Assembly: GCF_018977255.1 (NCBI RefSeq)
Contig: NW_024704742.1
Coordinates: 42,410,001 to 42,474,000, forward strand
Length of the DNA: 64,000 bases
Source: Callorhinchus milii
Taxonomy: Eukaryota
Direction of reading: 5' to 3'
Shown here: positions 35,323 through 48,697 of the stretch, piece after piece
How positions within the stretch are numbered: position 1 is the stretch's first letter
Layout of the letters: every line of letters begins with the position of its first letter
Notes under the pieces: generated by a model
The model's input: only the letters and a program-made list of their open reading frames with translations
Databases searched by the model: none
Told to the model about the DNA's origin: nothing
Translations under genes and position numbers: made by a program

Positions 35323-37094
35323 ACATTTCTTCAACAATGGTTAACATTTGTACACCTCTTACTTCTTTGCTTAGTGTGCACCTCCACATTTATTAATTGC
35401 TTTGAGGTGTTCTGATATATGAAATGCAGTGTAGTTACTGCTAAGTTGTTGTGATGACATTTGTGTAATAAAATAATAACGCTAATCCTTGCATACAGGA
35501 AGGAGTCAGGAGGACATTGAAAAGTGCTTCGCAGGATTTACTGTAAAGTGTAGTGACATGGCAGCCATAATGCATGCTCAGGAGATCTGAAGTTTGTAAT
35601 GGCGTTAGTCTTAAGACTACAGTCTTAAAATTCAACAATTTGTAGAATTTGGTAAAAGCCTTACATTCAGGTTTACTCTGGCTTAAAAAGATTTCCTAAG
35701 AATTGTGAAAGAATAGTTTCTAAACAAACATTGTATTTAAGACTTTTGCAAAATTTTGCATGATCTTAAATATCAAGATACTTATCTTAAGACTAAAACA
35801 ACGAGGATTTTTTGGTCTTCAGTTCTGTGCTGCTGTCTGAGGACTTGTTAACTGCTGCATTGCGTACAAGAGAAAACAGAGTGCTGGAGGAGAAATCTTC
35901 ACTCCACTGCTGCTTGGCGATTGGCATTTGAAGTGTTGCTAAAAATAGGATTTGGGTTTAACTCAAATGGTATCCAGTGGAGCAACACTCAAACTTTTGA
36001 CTCCGGGATTGAACACAAACTCAAGCCTGCTTAGCCTTTATGCCAATAAAATATTTTGATAATGCCTTTCAGACTAGACTGAGGGGAATGAGGGGGCATT
36101 GCTTTAGTTTTCCAGCCAGTCTTTAGGAATAGACTAAAAAATGTGACCTTTGTGGACAGTTACAATTTACAATTGTATAGCACCATTCATACCAGGAGGA
36201 TGCTTCACACAACTTGACTGAGGGGTGGGGAGAGGAGCAGGGGGAGAAAAGACACCAAAAGCATGACTATTTATCACATGAAATCTGTTATGTAATGTCG
36301 CATTTTACACCCCAAGAGTGGAAATTTTGAGGTTGTTCACTCTCCAAATTGGAACAAAATGTTCATACCGCCAGCATAATTATGAAGGAAGGAAAATATA
36401 AGATACGATGAGGAGAAATTCTATATTATAAAATATCCTTCATAACACTATACGTCCATTGAAACACACAGCGACTTGTTTTGGACAACTTAAATTTGTT
36501 AATTGCTTTTCCATTACACATGTGAAAAATCACCCAAAAATATTGTTGAGCTTATCTCTTGTGGTTTCTGAAAGTCAATTACACAAATAGAATCTATAGC
36601 CCTGGAAAAGGCCATCCAGTCAGCTAGCCGGGCTGGTGTTTATACTCCACATGAGCACCACCCATCCTAGTTAGATGCCTCCCTAGCCTGTCCTCTTACT
36701 CCTCCATTCCTTCTTTCTTACTGAATTAATGAATGACTAATTTCATGTATAAAGTACAAACTGAATTCACTTTGAATCTTCAGCTGTCTCCAAAAAAGCG
36801 CAAATTGAAAAAAAATTACTGCTATGTACTGGTGTTTTTTCTTGAACTGTTTTACCCCAGACTTCTTCTGTGAAACTGTTTGACGAGCTCATTAGAGTTC
36901 ATCACCAGTAAATGTAGCTGATTGTATTAACTTCATTCTCTTTGAACTGAATTGCTTTGACAGCCATCTGGCCTCCCTCTTTTTAACTTGTTGCCATATT
37001 TGCAGATGCAGGTGTGGAGCTCAGTTAGAAACTTCCTGATGCTGGAATAGCTTGGCCTGCTGCACGCCAGACTGCTTAATAGTAATCCTATAAA

Positions 37095-37520
37095 AATGAT
37101 CATCCTTGCATTTAATATAGTACCTAATCACATTGATGAGACAAGTCAATGTTTTGCAGGATTTTACTCTGAAGTGTAGTGACTGTGTATTTCAAGACAA
37201 ACTAGGCAGCTAATTAGCACACAGAAATGTCCGACAAGCAGCCATGAAGTGAATGACTAATTTTATCTGGGGAATTGTTGGCCAGGACCCTGGAGAAACT
37301 CCCTTTTCTTTTCAAATAACGCCATGGGATCTTTAAAGTCCATCTGAACAGCCAGATGCAAGGCCTCTGTTTAGCGTCTCATGTGAAAGATGGCACCTCC
37401 AACAATGCAGTGAACCTGCAGCATTGCACTGGAATGCCTAGACTGTGAGTTCAAAGTTCCTGATGAAAGGCTTGAATCCACAACCTTTTGACTCAGATGC
37501 AAGAGCGCTACCAACTGTTC
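37095..37520 (-). mobile_element. DeuSINE, near full length
   Basis: Tail CCTTGCATTTAATATAG; Deu domain GCCATGGGATCTTTAAAGTCCATCTG...GTTTAGCGTCTCATGTGAAAGATGGCACCTCC; head GGCTTGAATCCACAACC...GAGCGCTACCAACTG. Confidence 0.88.
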
Positions 37521-37611
37521 CTTGTTTATCAATCAAAACATGTGTTTCTTGTTTTGTACTTTGCATTAATCGGAACATTATAAATATTTTTTCACAAAAT
37601 CACTCAGTCAT

Positions 37612-38499
37612 CTTGGTGACATCATCCGCAGACATGGGGTCAACTTCCATATGTATGCGGATGACACCCAACTCTATTTTTCTGTCTCCACCCTTGACTC
37701 CAGGACCACTGGAGAATGTCTGTCAGACATCAATTCCTGGATGAGAGCTAAGTTTCTTCAGTTGAACGTCAACAAGACTGAGGCTCTCCTGATTGGCTTC
37801 CATCAGCGCCTCCTCACCTCAGGCGTTGACAGCATTACCATCCATGGATGCACACTCCACCTTCCTAAGCCAGTCTGGAACCTTGTTTGATTCTCAACTA
37901 TCCTTTCTAACCCACATCTGTGCCATGATCTGCTCTGCCTTCCCCCACCTCCGCAACATCGCCCGGCTCCTCCATTGTCTCACACCGCAGGCCACCAAAA
38001 ATCTCATACAGCATTCATAACATTGAGGCTTGACTATGCAAACTCCTTGCTTGTGGGTCTCCCCAACTCCTCCCTCCATAGGCTGCAGCTCATCCAGAAC
38101 TCTGCAGCCCATGTCCTCTCCTGCACCAGGCTCTGTGACCCTATCATCCTCATCCTAGCCTGAGTCCACTGGATTCCCAGCTCACAGAGGATTCAGTTCA
38201 AGATCCTGGTCCTCACCTTCAAAGTCCTTCATCGCCTTACTCCACCCCTCCTCTGCAATCTCTTAACCCCCTACTATCCTGTCCACAGTCCCTCTGCCTC
38301 GCCCCCTCCCTTGCCTCCTTCAAGACCCATCTCAAGACCCTCCTCTTTGACCGTGCTTTCGATCACCCTGCTTCCCCCTCACCCTCCACCCTCCTCAATC
38401 CCGACACCCAGCTCGGGTCCGAAACACTGACTGTCCAATACCTTAGGACGTCCTCCTGACGTTAAAGACGCTATACAAATGTAATTTTGTTGTTGTTGT
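37612..38499 (+). mobile_element. 5'-truncated L2 (YADD to tail) with small internal deletion
   Basis: MYADDTQLYFS...WMRAKFLQLNVNKTE, RLDYANSLL, stem-loop and (TTG)n tail. Confidence 0.93.
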
Positions 38500-39039
38500 A
38501 AATTGGTCCTAGTAGTTTAACTGACATTTTCAATTCTGCACCTGACAGCAGTATCTAAAAATAATTAATTGCTGTTTGGATGTGCTCTTTTGTCCTTGGG
38601 GCAGGCATTGTAAAAACATTCTATTCAAAACAAAATACACACACAAAGCAGGAAAATAAAACTTTGTCACAAATGTAAACTGCTGAAAGTCTGGTAACCA
38701 TCAGCACAGATTTAACCCCATTCATGCTGAATACCTTTTGAAGCTTTCCAAATGTCCTTACAAAATAATACCTGCAAAAAATTATTTCCTGGGAATGCTG
38801 AGCAGTGAAATCTCAGTTTCAGTATCAGAGGCCTGAGAAGGAGACATGAAGCAGTAAGCCAAATTAAACACTTAAATTGTAAAAGGAAACATATCAAGTG
38901 CTTTATGACTGTTACCTTCAGAAGCTGGCTGCTGTAAGCAGTGCAGAGGAGAGCAACAAAGATGTTCCCAATGTAAGAGGAATGAGCTATGATGAGCAAC
39001 AATTAAACAGCCTCTTCAGTTTTCACAAAATCACAAGAC

Positions 39040-39730
39040 TGGTTGGTTGAAGAAGACTATTTGGCCTATTTGTTCTCAGCCCACCCTACTGTCTTCCCAT
39101 CACCACATCCACCTTTTTCGAAAATGAGTTGTGGGTCCTGCTCTCAACCCCCCTTCCTGGCAATTTGTTCCTGTAGTTAATTCCCCTCCAGTGTTTGTTC
39201 TGAAATTTCCCTCTACAACTCTAAAACTAAGTCCCTTTGTTCTACTGTCTTGGTTCATTCTAAAGTATTACTCTTGGTTTTCTTTCTCAATCCCATTTAA
39301 AATTATTATATACCTCTATAAGGTTTTTTCTGAGATGTTTGCTTTCAAGACTGAAGAGCTCTACCGAGCTTGTCTAACTTGAAAGGAAATGTCAAATTCA
39401 AGGATTATTATTATGTCTCAAAGAGACATACTCAAAGCCTTTAAGTAGGATTGAGAAAGTAAACTCAGAACAATACTTTCAGATGCTCCGAGACAGCAGA
39501 ATAGAGGGTGCAGATTTAGGGTTGCAAAGCGCAACCCGCAAGGTAGATGTTAGGAAGTATTTATTTACCCAGAAGGCAATTAACAACTGATATTTGTCAC
39601 CAGGAAGAGTGGCTGAGGCCACTCAATTAAGCAGCTCAATGCTGTGATATGAAGATGGAAGTCAGAAAAGATGAGATCAAATGGGCCGAAGGGCCTACTT
39701 CATCCATACCACTCTTCTGATCTTCTGATC
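39040..39730. mobile_element. Two divergent CR1 3' fragments (minus 39040-39370, plus 39420-39730)
   Basis: Both contain the GGATTGAGAAAG.AAAC...GACAG.AGAA..AGGG segment in opposite orientations. The plus copy ends AATGGGCCGAAGGGCCTAC...TTCTGATCTTCTGATC. Confidence 0.7.
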
Positions 39731-40542
39731 TATAGGTAAGCTTTTTTTTAAATGCTTTAATAGTGACAACCTGAAGTCTTAGAATTAAGGAAGCCTTCAG
39801 GCTGATTTGTTTACCAGCTTAATGCAAACAAAAAGCATAAATAGATCAACGTCTGTCTTCAAGTCACTGCCAATGTCACTTCACACTTTATGCATTCGTA
39901 AAACACAGGGTGACATGTGATGACCTGGTGATCTGCCTTGCTTACTGTCCAGTGTCTTGGGATGTCCTTCTGACATGAAAGGCACTATATAAATATAATT
40001 TGTTGTTGTTATGCTTTCTTTAAGCACACATGCATAGTAATGCCCACTATAGCTATACCACTGTTGAGATATTATTGATCCCAATCACTGCATTAGAATG
40101 AGGCTGCAGTGTATCTCTACTGCCCAAGTATCTGTATACTTTTAACTTGAACTGATTCTGCCTCTATAGCTTTCTTGGGCAGAGGATTCCATACGTTCAC
40201 AATTCTGTGTGTGAAGAAAATCTTCCTGACTTTAATTCCTACTGTCTTCGTTTTAATTTTAAGGCAATATCCCTTTGTAATGGATTCTTCAACAATTGGG
40301 GACAGATGTCAGATGATCACCTGAAAGAGGTCTTAAAATTTAGAGGGGTTTTAATAGGAGTCAATAGGGAAAAATTATTTTCACTGGTCAGTGAGTCAGT
40401 GACAAGAGGCCATTAATTTAAGAAGATAGCAAACGAGCAAATGGGAAGGTTAGGAGAATTCTTTTCAGTTTTTTCAGTTAGGATATGGAATGCCTTGCCG
40501 GAAGCAATGATTGAGGCAGAATCCTTTTAAAAGGGAAGTAGA

Positions 40543-40735
40543 TAATAATAATAATAATCTCTACATTTGATATGGCGCCTTATTGTGTCTTCGAGACATC
40601 TCAAAGTGCTTTATAGAATATACTGTAAAGTCGATTGACTGCGTATTTTGTGAACAAAATGCAGCAGCCAATTGCACTCAGAGTCCCACAAACAATCGTG
40701 GGTTGAGTGACCAAATTATTATTATTATAATAATG
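40543..40735 (-). mobile_element. tRNA-Ala SINE 3' half, inserted in CR1 remnants (40120-40850)
   Basis: (TAA)n...TTGATATGGCGCCTTAT...GCAGCCAATTGCAC...CCCACAAACA. The flanks are CR1-like (GACAAGAGGCCAT, GGAATGCCTTGCC, AATGGGCTGAATAGC). Confidence 0.8.
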
Positions 40736-42239
40736 ATCAAGATTTATTCTTTGAAAGGGCAGTTAAATAATACTGAAAGGAGTGCTCTTTTAAAGAGACT
40801 GAACAGACACAATGGGCTGAATAGCTTTCTTCTCTGCTGTAAATTTCTGTTGCCCTATGGTCATCCACGACCTAACATAGTGTAAGAATGTGAACTTGCA
40901 CAAGGTCAAGTCAAAGAGACAAATATAGGACTTCTAGTTAAAAAAACTCAGAATACAACACCAGTTACACATGTGTCTGCTCATCTGCATATTCCAGTAC
41001 CCTGATATCCTTCAGAGTCTGAATTATGACATGCAATTGGAGTCAGAGGTGCCCTTGAATAGAGACACAAGTAATTATAACAAATTATATCATAGAACCT
41101 AACTTCTCAAAGTGTCATGGATAATATTATTTTTCGTACATCATCAGGCAGCAAACCTGGTCAATAATTAATAGCAAATAATCTCCTGTGGTTTCATAGT
41201 TAGATTTTGAACTTTAGCTTGTATTTACCTGAATTGATAAATAGGCGGAATTAGCATAGGAGGCGTGATAGTTGATATTTAAGGGCATAAAGATAATTCT
41301 AGAAAAATAACAGAAGTTCACCAGATCTTGAGGACAATTTCACTTTTTAATAATGAAACATTGCAGTGTACAAATTATCTGTCGTGTTTGCCTAAAGAAT
41401 ATACAATCACTATAAGAGTATGTCCTGTGAAGCACTTCGAGACGTCCTTCTGACATGAAAGGCAGTATATCGAATGTATATTAATATTATTTTTTATATC
41501 AATCTGGGGGCATAGCACCTTAGACTACCAGAAATATACTTTGATCTACATTGGCACATACAAGGTTCTTAGTTACGTCATCAAGCCCCATGGTACGAAA
41601 GTGTACGGTGGTTCGGGAGCTCTCAAGATGTATTATATGTAGAAGATAGCACATAGCTGAGTGTGGAAGTGTGACATTTTGAGGCCAGAGCTGATGAGAT
41701 AATTTTGAAAGCTGCAGCCTATTTATAAAAGAGCTGTATGCACACACTTATTTGAGTTCCCAAAAATGACTTCACTGGTTTCCTCATCAACTTCATCTCT
41801 CACAGGGATCCATTACTGAATTCTTTTCAGCAGTGAGAGTCCAGTATCACTGACAAATCCCTGCAGCACTCACCACCTCCATCTTTCCCTTTCACCTACA
41901 AAATGCACAGTAGCTACATTTTACAATATATCACGTGAAGCACTCTGAGAAGTCCTCTCGGTGCAAAAGGCATATGAAATATCAAATATCATAATTATTC
42001 TTTATTTTCAAAAGAGAACTAAAATAGAGGAATTCCACACCGATTATGTTGTATGCTCTTCCAGCCCGCTCTCACCCCATACATAGCTAACAATGTATAA
42101 AAGCTGGTGTTATGTTACAGCACTAAACCCCTGGGTTTGACTCAACTGACATTCACAGGCATGTTCTCTAAGAAGATAAGTGGTGCAGTTCTTCTAGATG
42201 TATTTTCTTGCGACCAAGTGCAGCATTGGACCTTGGGTT

Positions 42240-42408
42240 TAGTTTGAAATGCTGAAGTCACCACTGTTGTGGAAGCTTCTTGGATAGTTTTGCCACCAGT
42301 TGTAATGAGTGGCAATTAAATTAGCCCATTAAATTACTAGCTGGTGGCGAGAATATCCCAGAAACCTTTACATCAGTGGCAATTTCAGCGGTAAAGTGGT
42401 TCAAACTA
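42240..42408. repeat. ~170-bp imperfect palindrome (ancient foldback element)
   Basis: Arm 42251-42306 GCTGAAGTCACCACTGTTGTGG...TTGCCACCAGTTGTAAT pairs with 42333-42389 ATTACTAGCTGGTGGCG...CAGTGGCAATTTCAGC. Outer TAGTTTGAA / TTCAAACTA. Confidence 0.75.
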
Positions 42409-43329
42409 TTCCGGAGACCTTACTCCAATAAGTACAAGAGCTATCATGTCGAGTGTCAACTGATATTAGTGAATAGCAGGAAAGGACAGTCAAATTGTAA
42501 CAAGGACCTTATTACAATGTTTAGGAATGAGCGATGACAGGAACAATGAATTCTGGATGACTTATTTCATGGAAAACACTAAAACAATTTAGTGCAATGT
42601 AATTCAGGAAGAACAACTTTGACAGCACTGCCTAATAGTTTGACTTCCCCTAATATATTTCAACTTATAATATCATAAAACAAGTGTAGTATAACGACTA
42701 GGTAGTATTGCTGTGATTCTCTGTCAATGTTGGCAGATAACCATCTTTTTTTAACACAAGGCTGGTAAATTTATATTGAAATAGGCAACATGGTCGTATT
42801 CTGAAACTGCAAAATAGTTTACTCTTTGAAATATTTTATGTTTTATTTTATGTTACTGTTTTTCAAAGTGCAATTAGGACCTTTAACCAATACACGCCAT
42901 CATTCCATCTCAAACAGTAGCTGCTGTCCTTTGTTTGCACAGCTCAGATGTCTTGCAGAGAAATTATTACTCAACAGATGTTCAGCAACAGATGCTCAGC
43001 AACATCTGTCAAAACAGGAGCAGAGGGGCTGCTTCTCCATTCCTATCAGGCTGTGGATTTTAAGAGGAGCAAAGAAGCTATCAAATCAATTCCATGGTAA
43101 TGTTTCAACTTCCTAGAGCTGGGCAATTAAGTCCTACAGGACTAGTCCACAAACCTTGTTGAACACACTGAATCTGACAGATGGATTGAACAATAACACA
43201 TGGCAGACCCACCTACATAATTGCAGTGTGAGTGAGATGATATCCCACTCTTCATAGTCTCCATGAAAAAGGCATTCGTCACATCGTACAATTCAGACAT
43301 TCACTTTTTTATTTGCGTCTGGAATATTT

Positions 43330-43690
43330 TATTTTGGTAAGCTGGGAGTCTGGCACACACACAAACCCATCAACATGCTTAAGAGTATCCAATCCAGACT
43401 GAGAGGTCCACATAAGTGTGCCGCCTACACATTGAAATTCCCTGTGTCTAGAATGGATTATGAACTCTCTCACTCCGGAGGGATGCACCCTGCTTACATA
43501 ATTCCAGAAGTTATTAGGTCTGTTAGGGTACAGCTGAAGTTAACTAACTGAAACCGCCCATCTTACTATTAAGAGTTTACTATAGTCTTGTCCTTACCAA
43601 GGCGCTAGATCAAATGTAAGGATTAATATTGTCTGGCAAGCTTGTTCAGCTAAGATTGATCTACCTGCGAGGCTTTGGTAAGCAGTGATA
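43330..43690 (+). repeat. Family X copy
   Basis: TTTTGGTAAGCTG...AAACCCATCAACATGCTTAAGAGTATCCAA...CTCTCTC...CCCTGCTTACATAATT...TGTCTGGCAAGCTT. Confidence 0.75.
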
Positions 43691-43949
43691 ATGGGATGAA
43701 AATGGTTGATTTGCCGAGACATCTTTAAAAATAACTCTGTCAAGTTCATATTTTAGGAATTTTCCAAATTATACTTAAAGACTGGAATATTGGCTCCAAA
43801 ACAGGCTGGCAATTTGCCTGGAAGACAAAGCTGTTGAAGAGTAAGTGAAATATAATCTATCTGCAGCAACAATGAATTATAAGTGAGGGTCTCGAAGACC
43901 ACTGCTGTTCTAAAATCCAGAATGAGCTTGATCTTACTTCAGTTACTCC

Positions 43950-44495
43950 TGCTTGGCTCACCTCGGGCACTGGGAGCATCATCCTGTATGGATGCTCAAT
44001 CCACATCGTGGAGCCAGTGCAGAGTCTCATCCGGCCTCTTATTTGTTTAGCTTTTCCTCACCTCTGTAACACTGCCCACCTCCACTACCACCCTCCAGGC
44101 TGTCGAGACTATCATTCACACTTTCATCATGTCCAGGCTTGACCATGGCAATGCCCTGCTCACCAGACTCCCCAGCTGTTTCCTGTACAAGTTGCAGATT
44201 ATCCAGAACTCTGCAGTCCATGTCCTCTCCCACACTAGGCTCCGCAAGCCTTTCGTGCCCATCTTTTTTGGCTCCACTGACCTTGGTCTCTGGAACTTTA
44301 TCTTGGGAGTCCCTCAACTCATTCCCTCATGCTCACATTCAAAAACTATCTCAAACCATATGTCTTTGACCTTGTTTTTGATCTTTTTTCCCCTCCCCAC
44401 TCTCTTTGGCTCCCAACCGACAGCTCTAGTGTCAAGCCAGCAATGTGAAGTGTTTATAATGTGATAGGCATTATATAAATGTAAATTGTATTGTG
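43950..44495 (+). mobile_element. Old L2 fragment with deletions
   Basis: SRLDHGNALL...KLQIIQNSAVHVLSHTRL; tail ATAAATGTAAATTGTATTG. Confidence 0.8.
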
Positions 44496-45129
44496 AGTAC
44501 ATTAGGTGGTTATCTGGAATGTTTTGTAATGACTCTTCGACTACAGAGGTAACAAATAAGCAGTAATATTTGCATGATCTGTGGTGAAATGTGAATGATA
44601 TTATTAGCTCAAATAATGTGCTCTAGGGCTGGATAAGGCATCAATGTTTGTTAACAATTATTAGGAACATGAGTTGGGTTTGGAAGGAAGGAGGCTGATT
44701 GGCAAGTGTGGTCAAGGTCGTACTGTACCAATCAGAATCAGATCAGATACGGAGGACAGACAGGCTGAAACAGAGCAGGATGCAAAGATGTGCAAAAACA
44801 CACAGCTATGTGTGAACTGTTACACCATGTAATTGGAAACTTGTGAATGAGTGAAATATAAGGAGAAATGGAACTAACGATTTGTATTAAGAGTTTGAAT
44901 CTAGGCCACAAAAAACAAGACAAAGCAAAGAAAGACAATACGTACAGTCAAAAACAAAGCTGGGTCATTCGTCCTGGGTTAAGTTTTTAATTGGAAAAGT
45001 AAACCTCCCACTTTCCATAAGAAACATTCATTGCAGTCTTGAGAAACTTTTCCAACCACTTCTGTTGTTTATTTTAAATATGAGAAGAATCTATGAGTTA
45101 CTTATATGTCAGTATGTTTCATTGATAGA

Positions 45130-45490
45130 GCTATGAGCCGGGCTCAGTTGGTAGCATTCTTGCTTCTGAGTCTGAAGGTTTTAGGTTCAAGCTCCACATT
45201 GGATCATGAATTCACAGATTTTAAGAAGTCTGTTGCATTGTCCAAGGTTCCATCGTTTAGATGAGATGTTAAACTAAGTTCTGGTCTGTTTGTTCAGGTG
45301 CATGTCAAAGATGGTATGGCACTATTCGAAAAAGAGAAAGGAGTTTCTCCAGGGATCAACAATAATGGCCTAATAATCCCCTAGATATAAATAAAATTAG
45401 GCATTCACTTCATGGTTATTTGTAAGACTTTGCTGTGGTGCAAATTGGCAGCCATGTTCTCCTAGAAATACCCTTTACAGTAAATATTAA
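45130..45490 (+). mobile_element. DeuSINE, near full length
   Basis: GGCTCAGTTGGTAGC (A box), GGTTCAAGCTCC (B box), GATGAGATGTTAAAC...TTCAGGTG...ATGGCACTATTCGAAAAAGAG. Confidence 0.85.
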
Positions 45491-45504
45491 ATGCAGACAA
45501 AGTT

Positions 45505-45720
45505 TGCCACACAGTATTAGAAATGGCAAGCTGTGAATTTTTAGCTTGTTAAACTCTAGCAATACCCAAAGCACACCCTGGGGCTTCCTAAACCTTTATT
45601 CTTGCCAATCTGCAGCTAAGTATTCTGGACAGAGGTGACCAGGTTGTATCCTTGAGCTGAACATGCATGTGTGAAACTCTGATTTGAAGCATGGTGATGG
45701 ATTTCTGCATACGGCTTATC
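45505..45720 (-). repeat. Family X copy
   Basis: Reverse complement CCATCACCATGCTT...GGGTATTGCTAGAGTTTAACAAGCTAAAA...GCTTGCCATTT matches 53420-53470. Confidence 0.7.
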
Positions 45721-47173
45721 AAAAGCAAATATGATTGTCAGCTAAAATACAGCTTATGAGTACAAGCACACAAAATCCAGAGTCGATCGACATTACAGTG
45801 TATTCTGTGAAGCGCCTTCAGAAGTATCAATGATGTGATAAGGAGTTATATCAAATGCAGGGATTATTATTATTATGAGCAGAGAACTCATCTCACTGCA
45901 CATGAGTGAGGAGACCACATGTATAAAGGTTCTAACTCACTCATCAGTTTGTGGGATCCATTGATGTGATTGAGTGGATGGACATAACCATACAATAAAA
46001 CAGTGTGAATTATACTTTATTTTGTAAATGCAACCAATCACTTTGAAATGTGCATAGCTGTTTGCCCTGGTGGCATCATGTGTGCTATAAAAGTGTGTTA
46101 GTCTTGTGACAGGTATGATCTTTAGACTGACTGCAGCTGACTTAGGACTCAAAACAGTGGCTGCTGGTCTCCTGCTGCTGTCGACATTAATGGTTTAGTC
46201 GACATCTGGCTGAGCCTCAAACTGGAAGCTGACAGATTGAACACTATGAACACTGTCTCACTCAAATAGATATGTGGAAAACACAAGACTTAAAAGCTTT
46301 TGTAATGTCAATCTAAAAATAGATTTTTTGGCAAACAATGAACTCAGTCACACAATGAGCTAGTGAAACGAGATTTAAAGGGAGAAAGTGAGCATGCCCC
46401 CTGCAGCAAAAAGTGTCCTCTCTGACTATTATAATTATCCTTGCAGTTGTTATAGCTCCTGCAACAATTTAAAGAATTGTGTTCGCCACTATTATATTCG
46501 TACATGAAAGAAAACTGGAGAGACAAAGGCAAGCAGACTTTTAAAAAGACCGCTGTTTAACTGTCTCATTTCATACCATGTGTGAATGGGACTTCATGTG
46601 GTTACAGAACTGCTTCTGGCAACAAAACACAATGTTCATAAATTAGAAATTCAATGGACAAAGGGCTAGCAACTTTGAATGTTTTGTTAAAGTTAAAAAT
46701 AACAAGCAGAGGGTTTGCGGGATTTAAACCAGAAACACTTATAGAAAGAGACAACATGGAATGACACTTCTCATAGCAGATCACATCCCGAGCTGTAAAC
46801 TTTCTATAATTCTATGATACATTTTCAACTCTGATGTGTCAGATTTGCAAAAACATGAGGAACAACTGCTAGTGGAATTCAAAGGCGTTTGTAACTTGTT
46901 ACTGTCGTAATGCATGGAAACCAGCTGCCTACGTCCTGGGAAATGGGAAATAAAAGTTGCCAAATGGATTTCAGAGAGGAGAAAATGTTTGCTCTGCAGA
47001 TCAGTGGAGCAATCATTCAAGCAATAACAATCATCAAAAGATCATTGGGTGAGGAATGAGATAAAAGATGATCCAAGAGAATTCATTCATCTGTATGGGC
47101 TCCATCTGATTCCTGTACAGTGCTCTTGCTTCATCTTTTATATCTTGCTGTAGATTCAGCTCATGGTCTGGAG

Positions 47174-47261
47174 CAGGGATGGCTAACCTGGGGCCAATGG
47201 GCCACATTACACATGCATAAAATAGTCACGCGAGCCAAAAACAGCAAGTTGAACATCCCTG
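47174..47261. mobile_element. 88-bp hAT (Charlie-type) MITE
   Basis: TIRs CAGGGATGGCTAACCT / AAGTTGAACATCCCTG, flanked by an 8-bp degenerate TSD GTCTGGAG (47166-47173) / GTCTAAAG (47262-47269) that fits the Charlie NTCTAGAN preference. Confidence 0.8.
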
Positions 47262-48358
47262 GTCTAAAGCACATTTATTTACATATTTAAATCACTGAAA
47301 GAACACGGGTTCTAATCTTTCATCAGGCTGTTCTATACTTTTACGGTTGATTCAATGCGTTTTTTACATGAATCAACAGTAAATCTGCAGCATAGATCCC
47401 CTCTCAAAAAAGTTCTTAGAAGTAGATTTTGCTGCAACTGATTCCAAAGAATATTTCAACGAGAGCTCCCTTTGGTCCTTGAGAGCAATTTGGAGCATGA
47501 TATAATAATCTATCCACACTCCAAATTGCTCTACTGCAGCAAGTGATAGCACATCCCTTCCGTAGTGTCAAAGGGATATCATCAGAGAATATCAGACTGC
47601 ATATTACCTGCAGTGATGGATTAATAGTGCCCCTTTAGTGTGTTTAGTCAATGATTCATCAAGGACGAGACAAATTTGGACAAGAATGATTAATAATTAA
47701 AATAAGTAAGAGTCAAAGAAATTGCTGAGGCAGATAATCTTGACTAATTATTGATGTAAATGGGATGAAGAATGACTTGTTTTTAAGCTTATTTTCATTT
47801 GTTAATACAAAATCATCTTGGTAAGACAGTGTCTTCAAATGGTCAGCTTGGCTTTGTTACTAGCACTCTCCTGGTGTCCTGGCCAATATTCCCTCAGATA
47901 AAATTTGTCATTCTTTTAATGGCTGTTTGTTGGGCATTGTTGTGTGCAAATTGGCTGGTTCGTTTGCCTACAAAATACACAGACACTGCACTTTACAGTA
48001 AATCATATGAAGTATTTTGAGACATCCTTCTGATGTAAACAATGCTATATTAAATTCAAAGAGTGCCTCCCAAGTACCAAAAGCTGCTCCTGCCAATATT
48101 GATCTGTGCATCATTCTGAATTTCACTCTGATGTGGGCATACAAAGACTGGATTGGAGCACAATTTCCAAGTGACACACTTACAGTGACTTATAGTGACA
48201 AGCAGGAGTTGCTCTTTTGAGTCAGCTAGTGTTCTCTATTTTAGAGATTTGCAATTCTCTGGGTGCAAACTGTGCCATCCATTTCATAAAATGGAAGCTG
48301 CAATTAATGCAGCAAATCCAATCTGCGAACCACATAATTTCAAACTCATTTAGGGATT

Positions 48359-48685
48359 CATAGGAACATAAGAACAGGATTAGGCTATTCAGCTCCTTAA
48401 GCCTGTTCCACTGTTCTATAAGACCATGGCTGATCTGTACCTCAACTCCAATTACACGCCTTTGCCCCATATCCCTTCATAACCTGACCTAATAAAAATC
48501 TACCTCAGCCTTGAAAATTTTAATGGATCCAGCATCCACAACTTTTGGGGGTGAGAGTTCCAGATTTCCACTACCCTTTACATGAAAAAAATGCTTCCTG
48601 ATTCACTCCAAAATCGCTGCACTCTAATTTTACGCTTATGCCCCTTATTCTGGATTCCCCACCAGAGGAAATAGTTTCTTTGATT
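48359..48685 (-). mobile_element. CR1 3' fragment
   Basis: CATAGGAACATAAGAAC tail, CCATGGCTGATCTG; reverse complement ESRIRGH...FFHVK.SGNLELS. Confidence 0.87.
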
Positions 48686-48697
48686 CTGTGACTCTAC

